Part shown: positions 33,344 to 48,338 of the stretch, piece by piece
Layout of the letters: each line of letters opens with the position of its first letter
Position numbering within the stretch: the stretch's first letter is position 1
From: the human T2T-CHM13v2.0 reference genome, Homo sapiens
DNA length: 64,000 bases
Strand: one strand, 5' to 3'
Assembly (NCBI RefSeq): GCF_009914755.1
Contig: NC_060934.1
Position numbers and translations under genes: made by a program
Notes under the pieces: model-generated
What the model saw: only the letters and a program-made list of their open reading frames with translations
Database searches by the model: none
What the model was told of the DNA's origin: nothing

Positions 33344-33412
33344 TTAGGTTGGTGCCAAAGTAATTGTGGTTTTTGCCATTACTTTTAATGCAATTACTTT
33401 CGCACCAACTAA
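33344..33412. mobile_element. MADE1 (Hsmar1 MITE) with small internal deletion
   Basis: TA|TTAGGTTGGTGCCAAAGTAATTG...CAATTACTTTCGCACCAACTAA|TA palindrome. Confidence 0.9.
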
Positions 33413-34605
33413 TACATTGAACTTTTCAGGAATGTGTTTGCTTATTAGCATAAAGGATGCTTACATTTTCTATCATCTGGTTTCTACCTAAAGCAGAGAT
33501 TTGCAAACCCACAGGAGTCTGCTGAGATCCCCGCAGAGCCTCCCTGTCAGTGGGCTTGGGGGTGAAGGTGATGGGGTTCAGACCTTCTCCATGTGCTGAT
33601 ATTGGACAAAGAATTTTGCAGCAAAAAGAAGTTTGAGAATCGTTGGTCTACAAGACTCTATAGTAGGGTCACATGGTGGCTTCTGTCCATTACTATGGAT
33701 GCAACTCCCTGCAATTGTAAAGTTCAAGGCCCCAGCTCCGCTGGGCAGAGTGTGGTGACTGTAATGGCATAGGGCCTGCCCAGAGAGTAGGTGGTTTGGG
33801 CACAACTGTACTCCTCACCTCTCTGATACACTGTCTCTCGTAAACAGCTCACAGTCATATCATGGAGGAACTCGAGAGTCAAAGAGAGCAATCCAATAGT
33901 ATGGGCTGTTGATGGCTCCTGAGCAGGGGTAAGTCATGAAGGAGCCTGGAAGGATGGATACTCTGGTTGTGTCATATAGGACAAACGGGGATGGCCAGGA
34001 ACATGGAACTAGGCAGGGTGGCAAGGAGCTGCTCTGGTGACAATGGGCACACAGAGGATGCTGAGTCCAGGGTGGCAAATGTCTACACTGGGGCATGTAT
34101 TGGAGAGGAGAAGGAAAGTTGTTCCCTTACCAGTGAAAAAACAGGCAAGACTTAAGGATGTCATTGATGGGCACAGAAAAAAATTTCCTGGCTTCTAAAG
34201 CCTGGCCAATTTGGAGAACTGTGGGCTTGCTTTCAAAGCAGGTGCAAGAACAAGATGACCCGGGTTGGAGGAGGAGTAGGAATGATGGGCTTCGGTTGCC
34301 ATGAGGTGCTGGGGCTGCCACCGAGGTGTTCAGTCACAAAGACCTAGTGGGCGGCCGCAGGGGTGGGACAGGGGCTCTGGCAAAATATGGAAATCTTCCA
34401 CATGGCTTTGACAGCTGAACTCTCAGCTCTGTGCTGGGCAAGCCAGGAAGCCACAAACAGAGATTCAAGGGCGATAGGGAAGGCCCGCTGGGGTAGAAGA
34501 CTCAGAGAAAAATACAGAGCAGCTGAGATTTCCCCAGACCGTTCGCTTCCTCCCTCCACCACCAGGGATACCTGGCCAGGCTGCACTCCTCTCTCAGGGG
34601 AGGGG

Positions 34606-34666
34606 CTCGCTCGCTCCCTCCCTCCTCCCCTCCCTCCCTTCCTCCCTTCCTCCCTTCCTTCCTTCC
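34606..34666. repeat. Polypyrimidine (CCT/CCTT) tract
   Basis: ctccctccctcctcccctccctcccttcctcccttcc... Confidence 0.85.
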
Positions 34667-35703
34667 ACTGGATGGGACAAGTTGCAGCAGAGGCTGCCAG
34701 ATGAGTAAATCTGCCTCCTCATGTCCTCCTGGATCCCCTTACAAGAAAGGACAGGGTCCAGCGGGTGGGATGTGTGGACAAGGGAAGCCATTCCAGGCAC
34801 AGCAGAGCTGAGGAAGAACACTCAGCCCATTTTAGGAAACGGAAGAACCAGCCACTCCTGGACTCGTAAAAAGTTCTGCAACCAAAATAATCATTGACCA
34901 CCTCTAGACAGGAACTCCTAACCCAAATAAACGGATGCTTAGATCTGCATAGCACAGCGGTAGACAAATAATAAATATTTACCAAACAAGCAAGAACTTG
35001 AATTAAGCAATGTGCCCAAAATCAAACTGTGAGTTATGGATTAATAAAAACGATGACAGCCACAGATTTGTTACCCCTTGGGTCCCTGTGACCCCATCCT
35101 TATGCTCTACATAGAGGTGTGTGCACACGTGTGTGCCTTTCCCCTGTAAATACAGTCGTTTGCATTTTGCAGAACTGCATTGTGAGTTGAGTTTGTTTTA
35201 ATCTCCCCAATCCCTTCTTATCCCCCATTAGCAGAAAGACAGAAACTAGGAGCATGTAGTTTAATGTCCTATCCTGAGGCTCCCATCTGCACAGAGTCTC
35301 CTATGGGGCACCATAGGGAGGACATGGAAAGGATTTTGTGAAGATATCACGGAAAAAATAACTCAGTAGTAAAAGAAACAACCACCTGCAATGTTCTGGA
35401 GGGCTAAGTCTTCTCTCCCTTTTTTTCTCTCTCCCTTTACGTTTGAGCCACATGAAATTGTCCCCTTAGCAGGACAAAGTCTGCCAAATATTGGCAATTT
35501 CAAATGGTTTCAATGAATACATTTTACAACAGGTTAAAATTGGCATCAAAGGGACAAGGAGCACAGACATGGAGGTGGTCCAGGAAGAAGGGGGAGGGGG
35601 GCAGGGGCGCAAAGAAGGGGTGTTGCCAGGCAACTGGCAGCGTGGACCCATTAGGCTGGGGAGATGGGGATGGTCTCTTCTCCTCTCCTCAACCAGCACC
35701 TGG

Positions 35704-35721
35704 GTGTGAGTGTGTGTGTGT

Positions 35722-35753
<32 letters not shown>
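35704..35753. repeat. (TG)n microsatellite, interrupted
   Basis: Direct reading. Confidence 0.95.
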
Positions 35754-35756
<3 letters not shown>

Positions 35757-36452
35757 CGCGGCGGGGGGTTCCCTAGATGATCGCATCAATCTGCTGTATC
35801 CTGATGCTCAGCCCTCTCTCACAGCCTCTTGGGGAGACTGGAATTCCCCTTTGTTCTAACCAGGGCAGAAAGAAAGCTTACCGACTTTTCTACAAAGGCC
35901 TTGGCTGAAGAAGGAAGATGGATCGTGTCTCCTCCCTCCTTACCAAGGGGGAAACGACTTAGCTGCTTGTGCTCCCCAAGAGTATGTTTTATGGACTATT
36001 TCTTATTCCTCTCCATCACTCAATGCGTTTTTTATTACAAATAGATTTACCATTGCGTTATCTGTCTGTGCTCTATATCTTACCATGTCTTTCTTCACCA
36101 TGTGCTTTTCAAATGTTAAATATTATCAGCCACCCCTGGGGGCTGGGAAGACATCTGTTTTGCTCATTTGGTGGAGTGCCCAGCTTTGCAGAGAGGAGCC
36201 TAATAAATGATGATGGGATCGCAGTGAGGTGTGAGGTCAGCCCAAAGTGGGGCTGCCTGAACCCCTTTGGCTCTTGTTTCAGGAGGTGGCCTGGTGGCCT
36301 GGGAGGTCCCGGACAGAAGGTTCATAACACTGAGTCCCTCTGTCTGCTCCCAGCTTCTGCACACGCCTTCCCAGCCCTTGGCTGTGACAGAAACTCCTGG
36401 TGGATTCAGACCAGACAGGAGCAGATGGCAGACCTGGAGCACGCCTCGGTAG

Positions 36453-36890
<438 letters not shown>

Positions 36891-36999
36891 ATCTCTTGCA
36901 TTTTTGCAGAATATCATTAACCACAGAAGTTGCTAAGGCTGGGCTATGAGGGTGAATATAAACATGGGTGTGCACCTGTGCATAGAGAATCCAAGTTTA

Positions 37000-37329
37000 G
37001 GCCGGGCGCAGTGGCTCATACCTGTAATCCCAGCATTTGGGAGGCCGAGGTGGGTGGATCACCTGAGGTCAGGAGTTCGAGACCAGCCTGGCCAACATGG
37101 TGAAATCCCGCCTCTACTAAAAATAAAAAAATAAGCTGTGGGTGGTGGCAGGTGCCTGTAATCCCAGCTACTTGGGAGGCTGAGGCAGGAGAAGCACTTG
37201 AACCCAGGAGGCTGAGGCAGGAGAATTGCTTGAACCCAGGAGGTGGAGGTTGCAATAAGCCAGTAAGCCGAGATTACACCACTGCACCCCAGCCTGGGTG
37301 ACAGAGTGAGGCTCCATCTCAAAAAAAAA
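37000..37329 (+). mobile_element. Alu (AluS) with 32-bp internal tandem duplication
   Basis: Alu dimer; TSD AGAGAA(T)CCAAGTTTA. Confidence 0.95.
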
Positions 37330-38044
37330 GAGAACCAAGTTTATTCACCTATTTTAGGTAAGATTATTACAGTTCTAGATTTTTAAAAAGTCATACATTT
37401 TTTTTTCTAACCCATAATAGCCCAGACTATTTACTTGCCCTCAGTGCTATTTTACTGACAGCCCATATTAATGTACTCGACCTTTAAGATGGGATATCAC
37501 CAGCATCGCTGTCAGACAGAGGAAAGTGACAGGAAGGCGACCATTATTTCATCCACTGCTGTGGAATTGTCTTCCACACCTGCTAGCCCGAGACTTAGGC
37601 AGGACGCACAAGTCCTTCATGAGGATGTGTCACATGTTTCAGGCTTTCCCAGATAGGTTAGGAAGTGAGTTCACAGGAATGAAATGACCTGGGTAAGCCC
37701 ATCTTCCATTGCAGACCTGAGATAAGGTTCGAAGTCTTTGGTTGCCATCGTTTATGGCTCTGGTGTCAGGGGCTGGCAGAGGAGCATATTCCAGGTGAAC
37801 TATTAATAGATCATATCTTGTGAATCTTGGGTTTTTATTATATATACTGGTTATGGTGCAGTGAAAAGAGAATGGGCTATACTATCAGAGGACCTATACT
37901 CGAGCTACCTATACTTCACTAGCTACGTGACCTTGAGCAAGTTATTTAATCTTTCTGAATTTCTGTTTGCTTGGCACCTACTTTACACAGTTACTGTGAG
38001 GATTAAATAAGATATGCTCCATATAAATTCTATAAAGAATTGTA

Positions 38045-38450
<406 letters not shown>

Positions 38451-38480
38451 CTAGCTTAAATTGTTTTCTATCTTCTATAG

Positions 38481-39292
38481 CAGGAATCCCCAACCCCTGG
38501 GCCATGGACTGGTACCAGTCTATGGCCTGTTAGGAATGGGGCTGCACAGCAGGAGATGAGCAGCGAGAGAAGCTTCACCTATACTTATAGCCTCTCCCCA
38601 TTGCTTGCATTACTGCCTGAGCCCCACCTCCTGTCAGATCAGCAGCAGCATTAGATTCTCGCAGGAGTCCAAACCCTACGGTGAACTATACACGTGAGGG
38701 ATCTAGTTTGCACACTCCTTATAAGAATCTAGGCCAGGCGTGGTGGCTCACACCTGTAATCCCAGCATTTTGGGAGGCCGAGGCAGGTGGATCATGAGGT
38801 CAGGAGATTGAGACTGTCCTGGCCAACATGGTGAAACCCTGTCTCTACTAAAAATACAAAAATTAGTTGGGTGTGGTGGCGCCTGCCTGTAATCCCAGCC
38901 ACTCAGGAGGCTGAGGCAGGAGAATCGCTTGAACTCAGGAGGCGAAGGTTACAGTGAGCTGAGATTGCACCACTTCACTCCAGCCTGGTGACAAAGCAAG
39001 ACTCTGTCTCAAAAATTAAAAAAAAAAAAAGATTCTAATGCCTGATGCCCATCACTCACATGTGGGACCATCTAGTTGCAGGAAAACAAGCTCAGGGCTC
39101 CCACTGATTTGACATTATGGTGAGCTGTAGAATTATTTCATTATATGTTACAATGTAGTAATCATGGAAATAAAGTGCACAATAAATGTAATATGCTTGA
39201 ATCATCCTGAAACCATACCTCCCACACCCCATCTGTGGAAAAATTGTCTTTCATGAAACCAGTCCCTGGTGCCAAAAGGTTTGGGCCTACTG
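38481..39292 (+). mobile_element. MER1A interrupted by an Alu
   Basis: CAGGAATCCCCAACCCCTGGGCCATGGAC..GGTGCCAAAAGGTTTGGGCCTACTG. Confidence 0.9.
38732..39030 (+). mobile_element. Alu (AluSc-like)
   Basis: Alu dimer inside MER1A. Confidence 0.93.
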
Positions 39293-39357
39293 CTCTAGAA
39301 ATAGCCATCCAAAAGAAATACAACGTGAGCCACAAAAGTTAGCCCAATATAAGATTT

Positions 39358-39633
<276 letters not shown>

Positions 39634-39797
39634 AAGATTTTAATTTTTTTAGCCATATTTAAAAAGTTTAAAGGTGAAATTTATTGTATATTTATTTTAT
39701 CTTAATATATCCAAAATATTATCATTTTAACACGGACTCACCAAGGCAAAAATTATTTACAAGACATTTTACTTAAGTTTCATAGGAAGTCTTCACA

Positions 39798-39881
39798 AGC
39801 TGGTGTGTGATTTATACTTGCTCACAGCTGGCGTGTGATTTATGCTTGCACACAGCTGGCGTGTGATTTATACTTGCATAC
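39798..39881. repeat. 28-bp tandem repeat, 3 copies
   Basis: AGCTGG(C/T)GTGTGATTTAT(A/G)CTTGC(A/T)(C/T)AC starting at 39798, 39826 and 39854. Confidence 0.92.
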
Positions 39882-40361
39882 ATCTCCATTTGCACTGGCC
39901 ACATTTTGCTCAATGGCCACATGTGGCTGGTGGCTACTGTACCACGAGGTGCAGCTTAGATCTTTCCAAATGCTTCTGTCTTGGTTATGAGGAGATTATG
40001 TCTCCTCATAATCTCAGGATTATGAGCCCTGGGTAAGACATGGCAATAATCTAACTGTTATCTTTAATTCCCTTAGAAAACACAGACTAGTCACAGTTTG
40101 CTCCACTTCTTGGAATCATAGGGACGCTTTGTTCCTCTATTTGCACACAGTGGACAGTTGTAAATGTCTTGCCAATGGCCACTAAGGGACTGGGTCAGAG
40201 GGGAGAGATGTGGAAATCCTAGGGCAGCTTGGAACTTGGAAAGGAGACTCACATCATGCGGCAGCTCCCTGGAGAAAGCAAGGTGCGAGGTTCACTGTGG
40301 CAGAATTGAGGGGATGGAGAGCACTCCTATGTGTAAAGCTCTTATCATCAAAGGGAAGAAG

Positions 40362-40965
<604 letters not shown>

Positions 40966-41523
40966 CCAAAAAGTGGGGATGGGGAAGAAATTCGGCCAAC
41001 CATTCATCTAAAGTGATGGGGAGAAGCACTGAAACGAAGCCTGTCTAGCAGTAGAAGGTCAGGTCGGTTTTTCTGGCACTGGGCAGGCTCCCTGTGAGAC
41101 AGGATATCTACAGTCTCACAAGCCTCAAGAGAACCAAATAAGGAAGGGCCACACCTCAGCCATTCCATTCTAGTGAAAATCCACTCTATTTTTATGAAGG
41201 TCAAGAGAAAGAGTCCAGAATCTTTCCTACTAACGGCTTCCTGTACCCCATCTAGCAACTCTCACTGTCCGGAAATTCTTACTTAAATCATTCTCACTAT
41301 GGCTAAAGCACACTTCCCTTTCTCTGCTCTCAACATACTCCCCCAAATATACATTCGGGTCAGAGAATAAATGAAGAAAATAATTTTCAAGGAGCAAGGA
41401 TATGACAACGAGACTTAGGGAGTTCGGCTGACCATAAAACATGCTCCGCCCCCCATATCTGGCTATAGCGTCCTCCAGAAGGTTCCAAGACTGCGATGAG
41501 GGTGGCTCCTCTCATTTTGATGA

Positions 41524-41858
<335 letters not shown>

Positions 41859-43124
41859 TAAAGTACATTTCCAACTGGTGGAAACAATTTTGGAAGACAG
41901 AGCAGAAGATGCTGTCTGTGGGCTGAACTGCAGGGCAATCTGTCTATGCAACCTGCATGTGTCCACAACCAAGGCTGCAGGCATGCTCTGGGGCTGAATG
42001 CTCACGTCACCTTCCAGCTGCTCTTAAGTGGAATTTCAGGACTTAAGGAGCTACCTGGTAAAGACGTGGGTGTCAGGAAATTGCCTGTGGATTTAGGGAT
42101 GAGCGTCTCAAATATTAATTCCTAGTATGTCACTCTTGACTGTTTGCCCTCCCCTACTGTGAGTAACGTATGATCTACTCAGAGCAATAGAGGATTTGGA
42201 AGCACAGATTTCACTTGGTAATCTCAAAGTGCTATATGGAATAAGCATGAAACATTAGGATGACAGGCATTTTTTCTCTGCAACCCAAAGAAGGGAAATG
42301 TTATGCTCGGAGTGGCCGAGTTTACAGTGCTGCATGAAATTATCTGTGTGGTTGTCTGCTTACTGCATCCTCCTGGCAAGAGGCAAATAGGGAGTCGGTT
42401 TGGATGCCGTCAGCTTTCTCGCCCAACACTGATGCCATAGAAGCTCCTCTGTGTCTGAAGATCTGAGGTATAGCCTTTGATGAGTATGCTATCCTCATAG
42501 TGGGTAAAAACTAACCTCCCCAATCTGCCCCATCTTATTAATATCTTTCAGTCAGCCACCCTCATGCACACCCATTTACTTCTCTGGGGGAGAGAAACAC
42601 TTGCTCTAAACCTGACTCTCCATGTTACAAACCTTGTCAGGTCAATGTAGGTGTCTTTTCCACCCATCCCCATTTCTACAGCTCCAGGTCAAAAGATCAG
42701 GAAAGGCATTGCTTTGTCTAAGGCTTATTACAAATGTTCTGAAATTATTCTTAACAATATCAGTCTCAGTGTTTAATATATTTTGATGACTAAAGTATAA
42801 ATGAACCTGAAGGCTACCACTCTCTGAATGTAAAATATGAAATAGTTTAGGTCAAATGTTTTATTAAAAACCTAGAGGTGGGTCCAGATGAGCTAGAGAA
42901 TCCAGATTCCCTTTAGAAAGGATACTGCCCAACAGATAGAATCCTGGGCAACAGAATTTTGCAGAGGAGAAAAAAAAGAGTGATAGATTTAAGCTGCCTT
43001 TCATTCAGTAGTTTTAATTTTGTTTCTCCAAGTTTTGCTAAAGCCCATTCTGCAATTAATTTAGAACCTTTCCATATATATAAATATAAATATATATATG
43101 TATTTAGCTTACCACACACAAATA

Positions 43125-43172
<48 letters not shown>
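43125..43172. repeat. (CTAT)12 tetranucleotide STR
   Basis: Direct reading. Confidence 0.95.
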
Positions 43173-43323
43173 GTATACATAGATACACGCACTATCAATG
43201 CCTAGATAAATAGTGCGTGTATCTATCTATGTATAGGTAGTGTGTATATCTCTCAGTGTGTAGACAGATTGTGTGTGTATCTATGTATAGGTAGATAGTG
43301 TGTGTATCTATAGATGGATTTTG

Positions 43324-43328
<5 letters not shown>

Positions 43329-43358
<30 letters not shown>
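43329..43358. repeat. (GT)15 microsatellite
   Basis: Direct reading. Confidence 0.95.
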
Positions 43359-43360
<2 letters not shown>

Positions 43361-43439
43361 AGCTAAATCCTCTGTGAAGCAACTGGTACTCTGGCAAGAA
43401 GTCTTTGGGGGAAGTCATGTCAAGACATCTTAGGTTTGT

Positions 43440-43780
43440 CCATTCTTTCATTCAACAAGTCTTTATTTAGTGACATTATGTGCCTGACCCTGGGCTAGGT
43501 ACTGGGGATACACCATGATGGAGACACAGATCTAGCCCTCAAACTGTTGGGGGCTCCAGGAAGTGATAACAAGTACACAACCAATCACAGCGAGGTGTGG
43601 CCATGTCATAAGAAAGAAACGCAGTACAGACTAGGCGGAGGGGGTCAGGGAAAGCCTTGGTGGAGGGTGTCTTCCAATTTGTGATGTAAAGACCTAAGAG
43701 AGACCAGCCAGGTCCAGGGCGCGGGGGTGTGGGAAGGAGCGTGTTCTAGGAAGAGAGAATAACACAGGAAGCCTGTTCTA
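43440..43780 (-). mobile_element. L2 3' fragment
   Basis: CATTCAACAAGTCTTTATT..TGTGCC..GGGCTAGGTACTGGGGATACA..GGTCAGGGAAAGCCT. Confidence 0.65.
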
Positions 43781-44239
43781 TAAAGCAGTGGAAAGAACAT
43801 GAACTTCTCTCGTTCGCCTAATTCAACATTTTCTTGATTTTATAGGGTTGAGGACAACTGTTCCCAAACTGCACACATCAGTAATTAAATCTATTTTTTT
43901 CTGAAAGCAGGCTGGCCAAGAGATAGTTTCTAAACTGCCATTTGAGGTCTCATTTCCTATTCCAGAAGGTGGCTTCTTTCTAAACCTCCAAGCTTTGATT
44001 CAGGAAAAGCATGTAAAATACACCAGACCACTCGCCTATAAACTCTTCGCACTGAGTCTTGGCAATTTGAAGCTTCAAATGTTTCTCAGTTAACGATTCT
44101 GCTAATTAACGAGATCTCACTCAATTTGATGGTTTCCCTTTATTGCCTCATTCTTCCAAATTCAAACCACAAATTTGACTTTTAATGACTTTAGGCCATA
44201 GAGTCTAGCCTAAAACAGCCGTAATCTAAAATGCAGGAG

Positions 44240-44640
44240 AACCCTATATATAGGGATATGTTAATCACAGCATTTACTTGTAATAGTGGTAAAATTATTT
44301 TTTTTAAATCCCTTAAATATACTCAAATGGGGAAATGATTAGATAATAATGGTATATCAATTTCTAGAATTTATGCAGCTGTTCAGGAGAATGACAATTT
44401 ACAGTATTACCATAACTTAGAAAATGTTAGCGAAAGACAATGGTAAGTGGAAAAGGAAAAATAAGATATGTAGAATTATACATGTACTATGATTACAGCC
44501 ATGCAAGAAATATAAATATGAAAAATGCTGGAAAGAAATCCACCAAAAAGGGAACAACACTTGAATTAGTGTCATGTGCTTATGAGCCTTTTTCCTATTT
44601 TCTGTTTCCTATATTGCATTTATAAAGCCTTTATCATTTG
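44240..44640 (+). mobile_element. Old L1ME-like fragment
   Basis: ATGTTAATCACAGCATT..GTAATAGTG..GGAAATGATTAGATAATAATGGTATAT. Confidence 0.5.
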
Positions 44641-45245
44641 AATCCTATTAAAAGTATTCACTCAAAGTCAGCAGTTTGAACATTTTCAATTCCAAGCAGC
44701 ATGTACAAGGCAACGCAAGACGAAAGTGTCTGCATGCGAGTTTCCCCTTCGAAGTAGCATCACTTCCCCCATGAGCAGATGGCATCCTCTCAACTCACTG
44801 ATGAACTGCAGCTTCCTCACAACAAAATGTGATAGAGAATGAGACACAATGCTCTAGGACTTGGAGATAGACATCTAAGAATAAACAGCAAGCAAATGTA
44901 ATAAAAATTGGCATTGAACAGATCTGGAATGGTAAACTTTTAAAGTCAGAGTTGGAGACACCATTCTTTAGAGCTTTGGGTCAAACAATGGTCTGTTTAA
45001 GAACAAGTTGAAAAAGGTGAGGGTCTATGATTCCAATTACTTCTCCAATTTTGCTGACACTGATGTGTTCTTAGTTGGAATTGATTGATTTCCTGCATCT
45101 CAGTTTCTCCAGATGCTCACAAGTGATGCCAATGTCAACTCATGAGATGGGGTAAGAAGGGGGTTGCTTAGCACTTAGAAAGAGGACCGAGTACAGAGAT
45201 TGTTCCTCTTTAATCTCAACTGGAAAAGAAAAGAACAAACCTTTA

Positions 45246-45576
<331 letters not shown>

Positions 45577-45940
45577 CTATCCCCTCTGAGCAAGGAAGAC
45601 TAAATCAATTTTAGTTACAGCAAGAGTTACTTAGGTTACATTGTAGTTAACTCCTTCCAGGCAGAAAGAATAGCTAAGGGCATTGTGGAATTTCCTTTTC
45701 TAGAAATTTGTAACAATAGGGTAGATGTACATCTGGCCTTGGATGCCTTAGGCTGGTGTACAGATACAACCAAAATAGCACACACACAAAACACCCTGGT
45801 GGGTCCTAGTCATTCTCTCACAGATATTAACAGAGATTTAAAAACAGTTTACCAAATCCCCCTTCATCCCCAGCTGGATCAAGGTCTGAAACCACATCAG
45901 TCACCAAAGAAACTCAGAAAGTTGACCAAAAGCGATTTAC

Positions 45941-46006
45941 CTGTACTAGGAGTTCCAGCTTCCTGTCATCAAGAAGATGTACTTGACATCGGCGGCCCTC
46001 CGTCAT
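45941..46006 (-). CDS. FRMD4A: FRMD4A internal coding exon, 66 nt, phase 0/0, MTEGRRCQVHLLDDRKLELLVQ (N-terminus of FERM domain)
   Basis: Minus strand reads CATTTCTCTTCCCTCTTAG|ATGACGGAGGGCCGCCGATGTCAAGTACATCTTCTTGATGACAGGAAGCTGGAACTCCTAGTACAG|GTAAAT. The peptide matches recalled FRMD4A; paralog FRMD4B reads MTEGRHCQVHLLDDRRLELLVQ. Confidence 0.95.
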
Positions 46007-46137
46007 CTAAGAGGGAAGAGAAATGGTAGTCACTGAGAGTCTAGCAGCCAGACAAAGGGTTAGAGGGTCGCCGACGCTGCACTCTGCCAGGCATATTCCT
46101 CTGGGCAAAACTTCCTCTGGGAGTCGGCACTGTATAA

Positions 46138-46588
<451 letters not shown>

Positions 46589-47081
46589 CTAATAAGGGAG
46601 ATGTAAAATAAATTAGCAAATATATATATAACATATTCTCAGGGGTGGTGGGTGTTGTTCATTCTTCACTTATTCTTCCATTCAATAATTGTACCCGCAT
46701 GCATTAGGGACACAGCTCAGGATCCAATCTCTGCCTCCTCTTCATTTATCCCACTTGCTGGTAACCAGAAAGCAGATGACCACCCACCTGGCAATGAATT
46801 TGATTTCTGTGTTAGTTAATCGGCCCCCTCCTTGTGTATGACCTGATTCCCTACAGCGCTGTCACCAATAATAGAAAAGCACTGGCGATATGAACCCACA
46901 GGCAAATCCAACCCCGTCCCTTGTGCCTTTCAGGACTGAAATCTCTGAGTGGTATAACAGGAAGCCTGGGAGACCCAAGTCTAGTGTTGGTCCTGCTGCT
47001 TACAAGGGGCTGCAGGACTCTGGACAAGTTACCGTTCGTCTCCATGCCCCTGTCTCATATCCAAAAATAAATGGGCCGAGC

Positions 47082-47554
47082 CCAGTGGGGTGCTGGTGAA
47101 TATTTAACAACTGGCTTTCTGGAAGGAAAAAGCCTGATTTGTAGCATTTGCTGGAGCCTGGCATCACCCTCAAAGGAAATCCTTTGAAGAACAAGCCTTC
47201 TCATGGATGTCAACTGGTGACTGTCCTAACCATAAACTGTCTTGCTGCACTCTAAATACCTTTACTGCGTCCGATTTCAAGCCACTGTCATGACAACACT
47301 GCTAGTAATTCCAACATACAGACACGATAGACAAACATAGCCTCAAGCTCATAGAAAACAGTTAAGTGCCATAAAAATAATTAGGAAGGGATAGATTTTT
47401 ATTATCTTTGTTTGTTAACACCATGTGTTTAAGCATGTGTACATAATTTCATTTTAACAATGGCTATGCTTTATAATTGGCACCCCACATTCCTGAAAAT
47501 GTAGCAATTGGCTCTCCCAGGCTAGTATGAAATAGCTCCAACGCTCCTCTCTGG
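47082..47554 (-). mobile_element. MER63B-like hAT element with a roughly 100-bp foreign insertion
   Basis: CCAGTGGGGTGCTGGTGAATATTTAACAACTGGC..CCTGATTTGTAGCATTTGC [insert] TAAATAC..CCGATTTCAAGC..TTCCTGAAAAT..CTGG. Confidence 0.75.
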
Positions 47555-47869
47555 ACCAGATGACACATAAGTTTCCTTCCTTGTATTTCTTTAGAGGAAA
47601 TCCTTTAGAGAACTCAATGCCTATTTTATATGACTGTATAGTCCCCATTAAATACAGTTCTTTTCCCCTGTATTTAGTGGCTAACCGGCCGCTTTAAGCA
47701 GATCTAAAGAAAGGATGCGCATCAGTAGATCCTGGCCCTGTCTCCTTGTCCAGCCATGAGGGTCCTTCTCATAAATCTTTCCTCAAGGAAAGATAAAAAA
47801 GACAGTCTCAGATGAGACACAATCTTGCCTTTACACACTTAGCACAGTGCCTGGCCCTAAGGGAGCTCT

Positions 47870-48015
<146 letters not shown>

Positions 48016-48271
48016 AGCAGTCTCGTTTCTCTCATGCGCCACGGGACGTACCAACTCTCCAGGCTAAGAATAACGCTGACATTTCTCAAGGCCTGTTAGG
48101 TTTGGAACTGCTATCCTGATGAGAATGAGCGTCTCTGCAAATGGAAGCAGGTGGCAGCACAGTCGCGGGCCGAAGGTGCCTACTGCACTCACGGCTCAGT
48201 CCCACCCAGTGGCCAGCCACCCTGCGTCCTTCGTGACCCTCTCCTCGACCCTGAGCTCCTGGAGACCAGGA

Positions 48272-48338
48272 GTTATGGACTGGATTGTGTTCCCCTAAAA
48301 CTCATATGGTGAAGCCCTAACCCCCAATGTATTTGCAG
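48272..48338 (+). mobile_element. Short MLT1 LTR 5' fragment
   Basis: TTATGGACTGGATTGTGTTCCCCTAAAACTCATATGGTGAAGCCCTAACCCCCAATGT. Confidence 0.65.

Noticed and set aside
33344-33412. Hairpin resembling a pre-miRNA (miR-548-like)
   Set aside because: Explained by the MADE1 palindrome; one arm has a deletion and there is no expression evidence.
39798-39881. 28-bp repeats as a CRISPR-like array
   Set aside because: Units are directly adjacent with no spacers, in a eukaryotic intron.
48143-48162. CTCF-like AGCAGGTGGCAGCAC (and a weaker one near 8510)
   Set aside because: The conserved 5' CC of the core is missing, and a motif alone is not enough evidence.
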